A DNA stretch of 63,920 nucleotides, counting the filler, from Octopus bimaculoides (Eukaryota), in the NCBI RefSeq assembly GCF_001194135.2. It is 8 parts of 7 records of this genome, joined end to end, with 100 filler letters (N's around TTAATTAATTAA, not from the genome) between each part and the next. Parts side by side here need not be neighbours in the genome. Positions count along the whole stretch, not along the records: positions 62,476 to 63,920 come from NC_068995.1; 7 more parts are not named here. One strand, written 5' to 3'. Both the position numbers and the translations under genes were made by a program. This document shows positions 62,571 through 63,920 of the stretch, one piece after another (position 1 is the first letter of the stretch; every line of letters begins with the position of its first letter). The notes beneath the pieces were generated by a model that saw nothing but the letters and a program-made list of their open reading frames with translations, was not told the DNA's origin and searched no databases.

Positions 62571-63016
62571 TGTCTGTCTGTCTCTGTCTCTCTGTCTCTG
62601 TCTCTCTGTCTCTCTGTCTCTCTGTCTCTCTGTCTCTATCTCTCTCTCTCTCTCTCCATCTACCTGTCTGAATGTATGTATGTGTGTGTGTGTGTGTGCA
62701 TGTACGTGTGAATGTGTGTGTGTGTGCATGTACGTGTGAATGTGTGTGTGTGGCTGCATGCGTATGAAATTTCTGAGAACATTATTGCTATAATGCTAAT
62801 ACTTGTTTATTAATGTCGCAGGTATGAGCGTGGGAGACTAGACAGAATCACAAGCTTCCTTTTCCATGACATAGAATTATCTCCACACTCCATTGTGCGC
62901 TTCGATGATTCCATTACGGAAGTTACTATAACTGCGTCGAAGGGAAAAAGATAGCTGCATACTCGAAGCACGATACATACATACATACATACATACATAC
63001 ATACATACATACATAC

Positions 63017-63115
63017 AAGAGAACACCTGTGCTGAACTATTAAGAAATGTGCAGTTATTCTATCCAGATTACAAGTTGAGGTCTATACCTGTAATGATTA
63101 GGGACCTGGGATATG
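63017..63115 (+). mobile_element. REL-type non-LTR retrotransposon C-terminal fragment
   Basis: ENTCAELLRNVQLFYPDYKLRSIPVMIRDLGYV resembles the K...Y..L...IPVIIGALG motif. Confidence 0.55.
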
Positions 63116-63423
63116 TAGCACACTGCTTGCTAATGGTTACTGCATGATAAGAATGGTTACTGTTGCTGCCCTGCTGTGGTGTGTAACGTGTATGGATAAC
63201 AGAAGGTAAATGCTAGGTAAATTGTAGGGCAACACAGATATAACCATGTTGCATCAATGTCAAAAGAGTTTTCATAAATATCAGGTAGCTAATGAAAACT
63301 TCCTAGAGCAAGGTTAACAAGGTATACAAATTAGCAGCTCCTGTTTTCTGTAGCTACTGTAATTGTTGAGTATATAAACAGATTGGCTGCATGTTTTTCT
63401 GGGATTGGTCAAATTGATGTAGA

Positions 63424-63470
63424 CTCCTCTGATGAGAATCCAATAATATTCGAAAACCGATTTTGTTCAT
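63424..63470 (+). ncRNA. Hammerhead-ribozyme-like core (degenerate)
   Basis: CTGATGA (63429-63435), stem II GAAT/ATTC with an 8-nt loop, GAAA (63452-63455), possible stem III AAC/GTT and UUC triplet; stem I is poor. Confidence 0.35.
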
Positions 63471-63529
63471 TACTTTTTCAGTCTACGGAAAAATAGCTAA
63501 ATTAGTCGTTTATTTATTTACTATATAGG

Positions 63530-63572
<43 letters not shown>

Positions 63573-63920
63573 TGTGTGCGTGTATGTATATATTTGCAAT
63601 TACCTAGATTGATAAAAAAAGTCTCCGTTCGAGTATTAATCTCTTAAGTTTTTGAAACTACAACCTTTGTATGTGCGCGCATGTGTATTTATACAAACAT
63701 CTAGATACACGCGCGCACACACAGACAGATATAGACACACATGTGTGGGTATGTATGTGTGTATATATATATAAACATATATGCATACATACAAACACAC
63801 ACATGTATATGCGTGTTTGTATGTATGCATGTATGAATGTATGCATTCATCAACGTATGTACGTATGTCTGTATATATGTATGTACCCATGTACGCATAT
63901 ATGTGTATATGTATATATAT

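Overview
Eukaryotic, AT-rich, microsatellite- and retroposon-dense animal DNA. The SINE families and simple repeats point to an octopus (coleoid cephalopod); this is inference, not a database result. The window is not contiguous: seven artificial 100-nt spacers (N44-TTAATTAATTAA-N44) join eight scaffold pieces. The only confidently identified host gene is the 5' end of an L-asparaginase / 60 kDa lysophospholipase (ASPG), with two coding exons at 35171-35285 and 43954-44068 and a probable upstream exon. Later exons were not found. The rest is decayed mobile DNA: DD37D, mariner, Tc1 and Chapaev3-like DNA transposons, piggyBac-like and foldback MITEs, Helentron-type HINEs, Penelope, RTE, CR1/L2, L1-Tx1, R4/Dong and CRE retroelements, and many tRNA-derived SINEs. 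Most long ORFs in the track are repeat or N-gap artefacts. The best leads are: an unassigned decayed Cys-rich gene antisense in the ASPG intron; the ASPG 5' architecture (optional N-terminal extension plus spliced uORF); a strong CTCF motif; an M-box/CRE/CCAAT cluster; two hammerhead-ribozyme-like cores; several long hairpins; a segment with splice signals on both strands; and head/tail swapping among SINEs. No intact novel multi-gene system can be demonstrated from this sequence alone.
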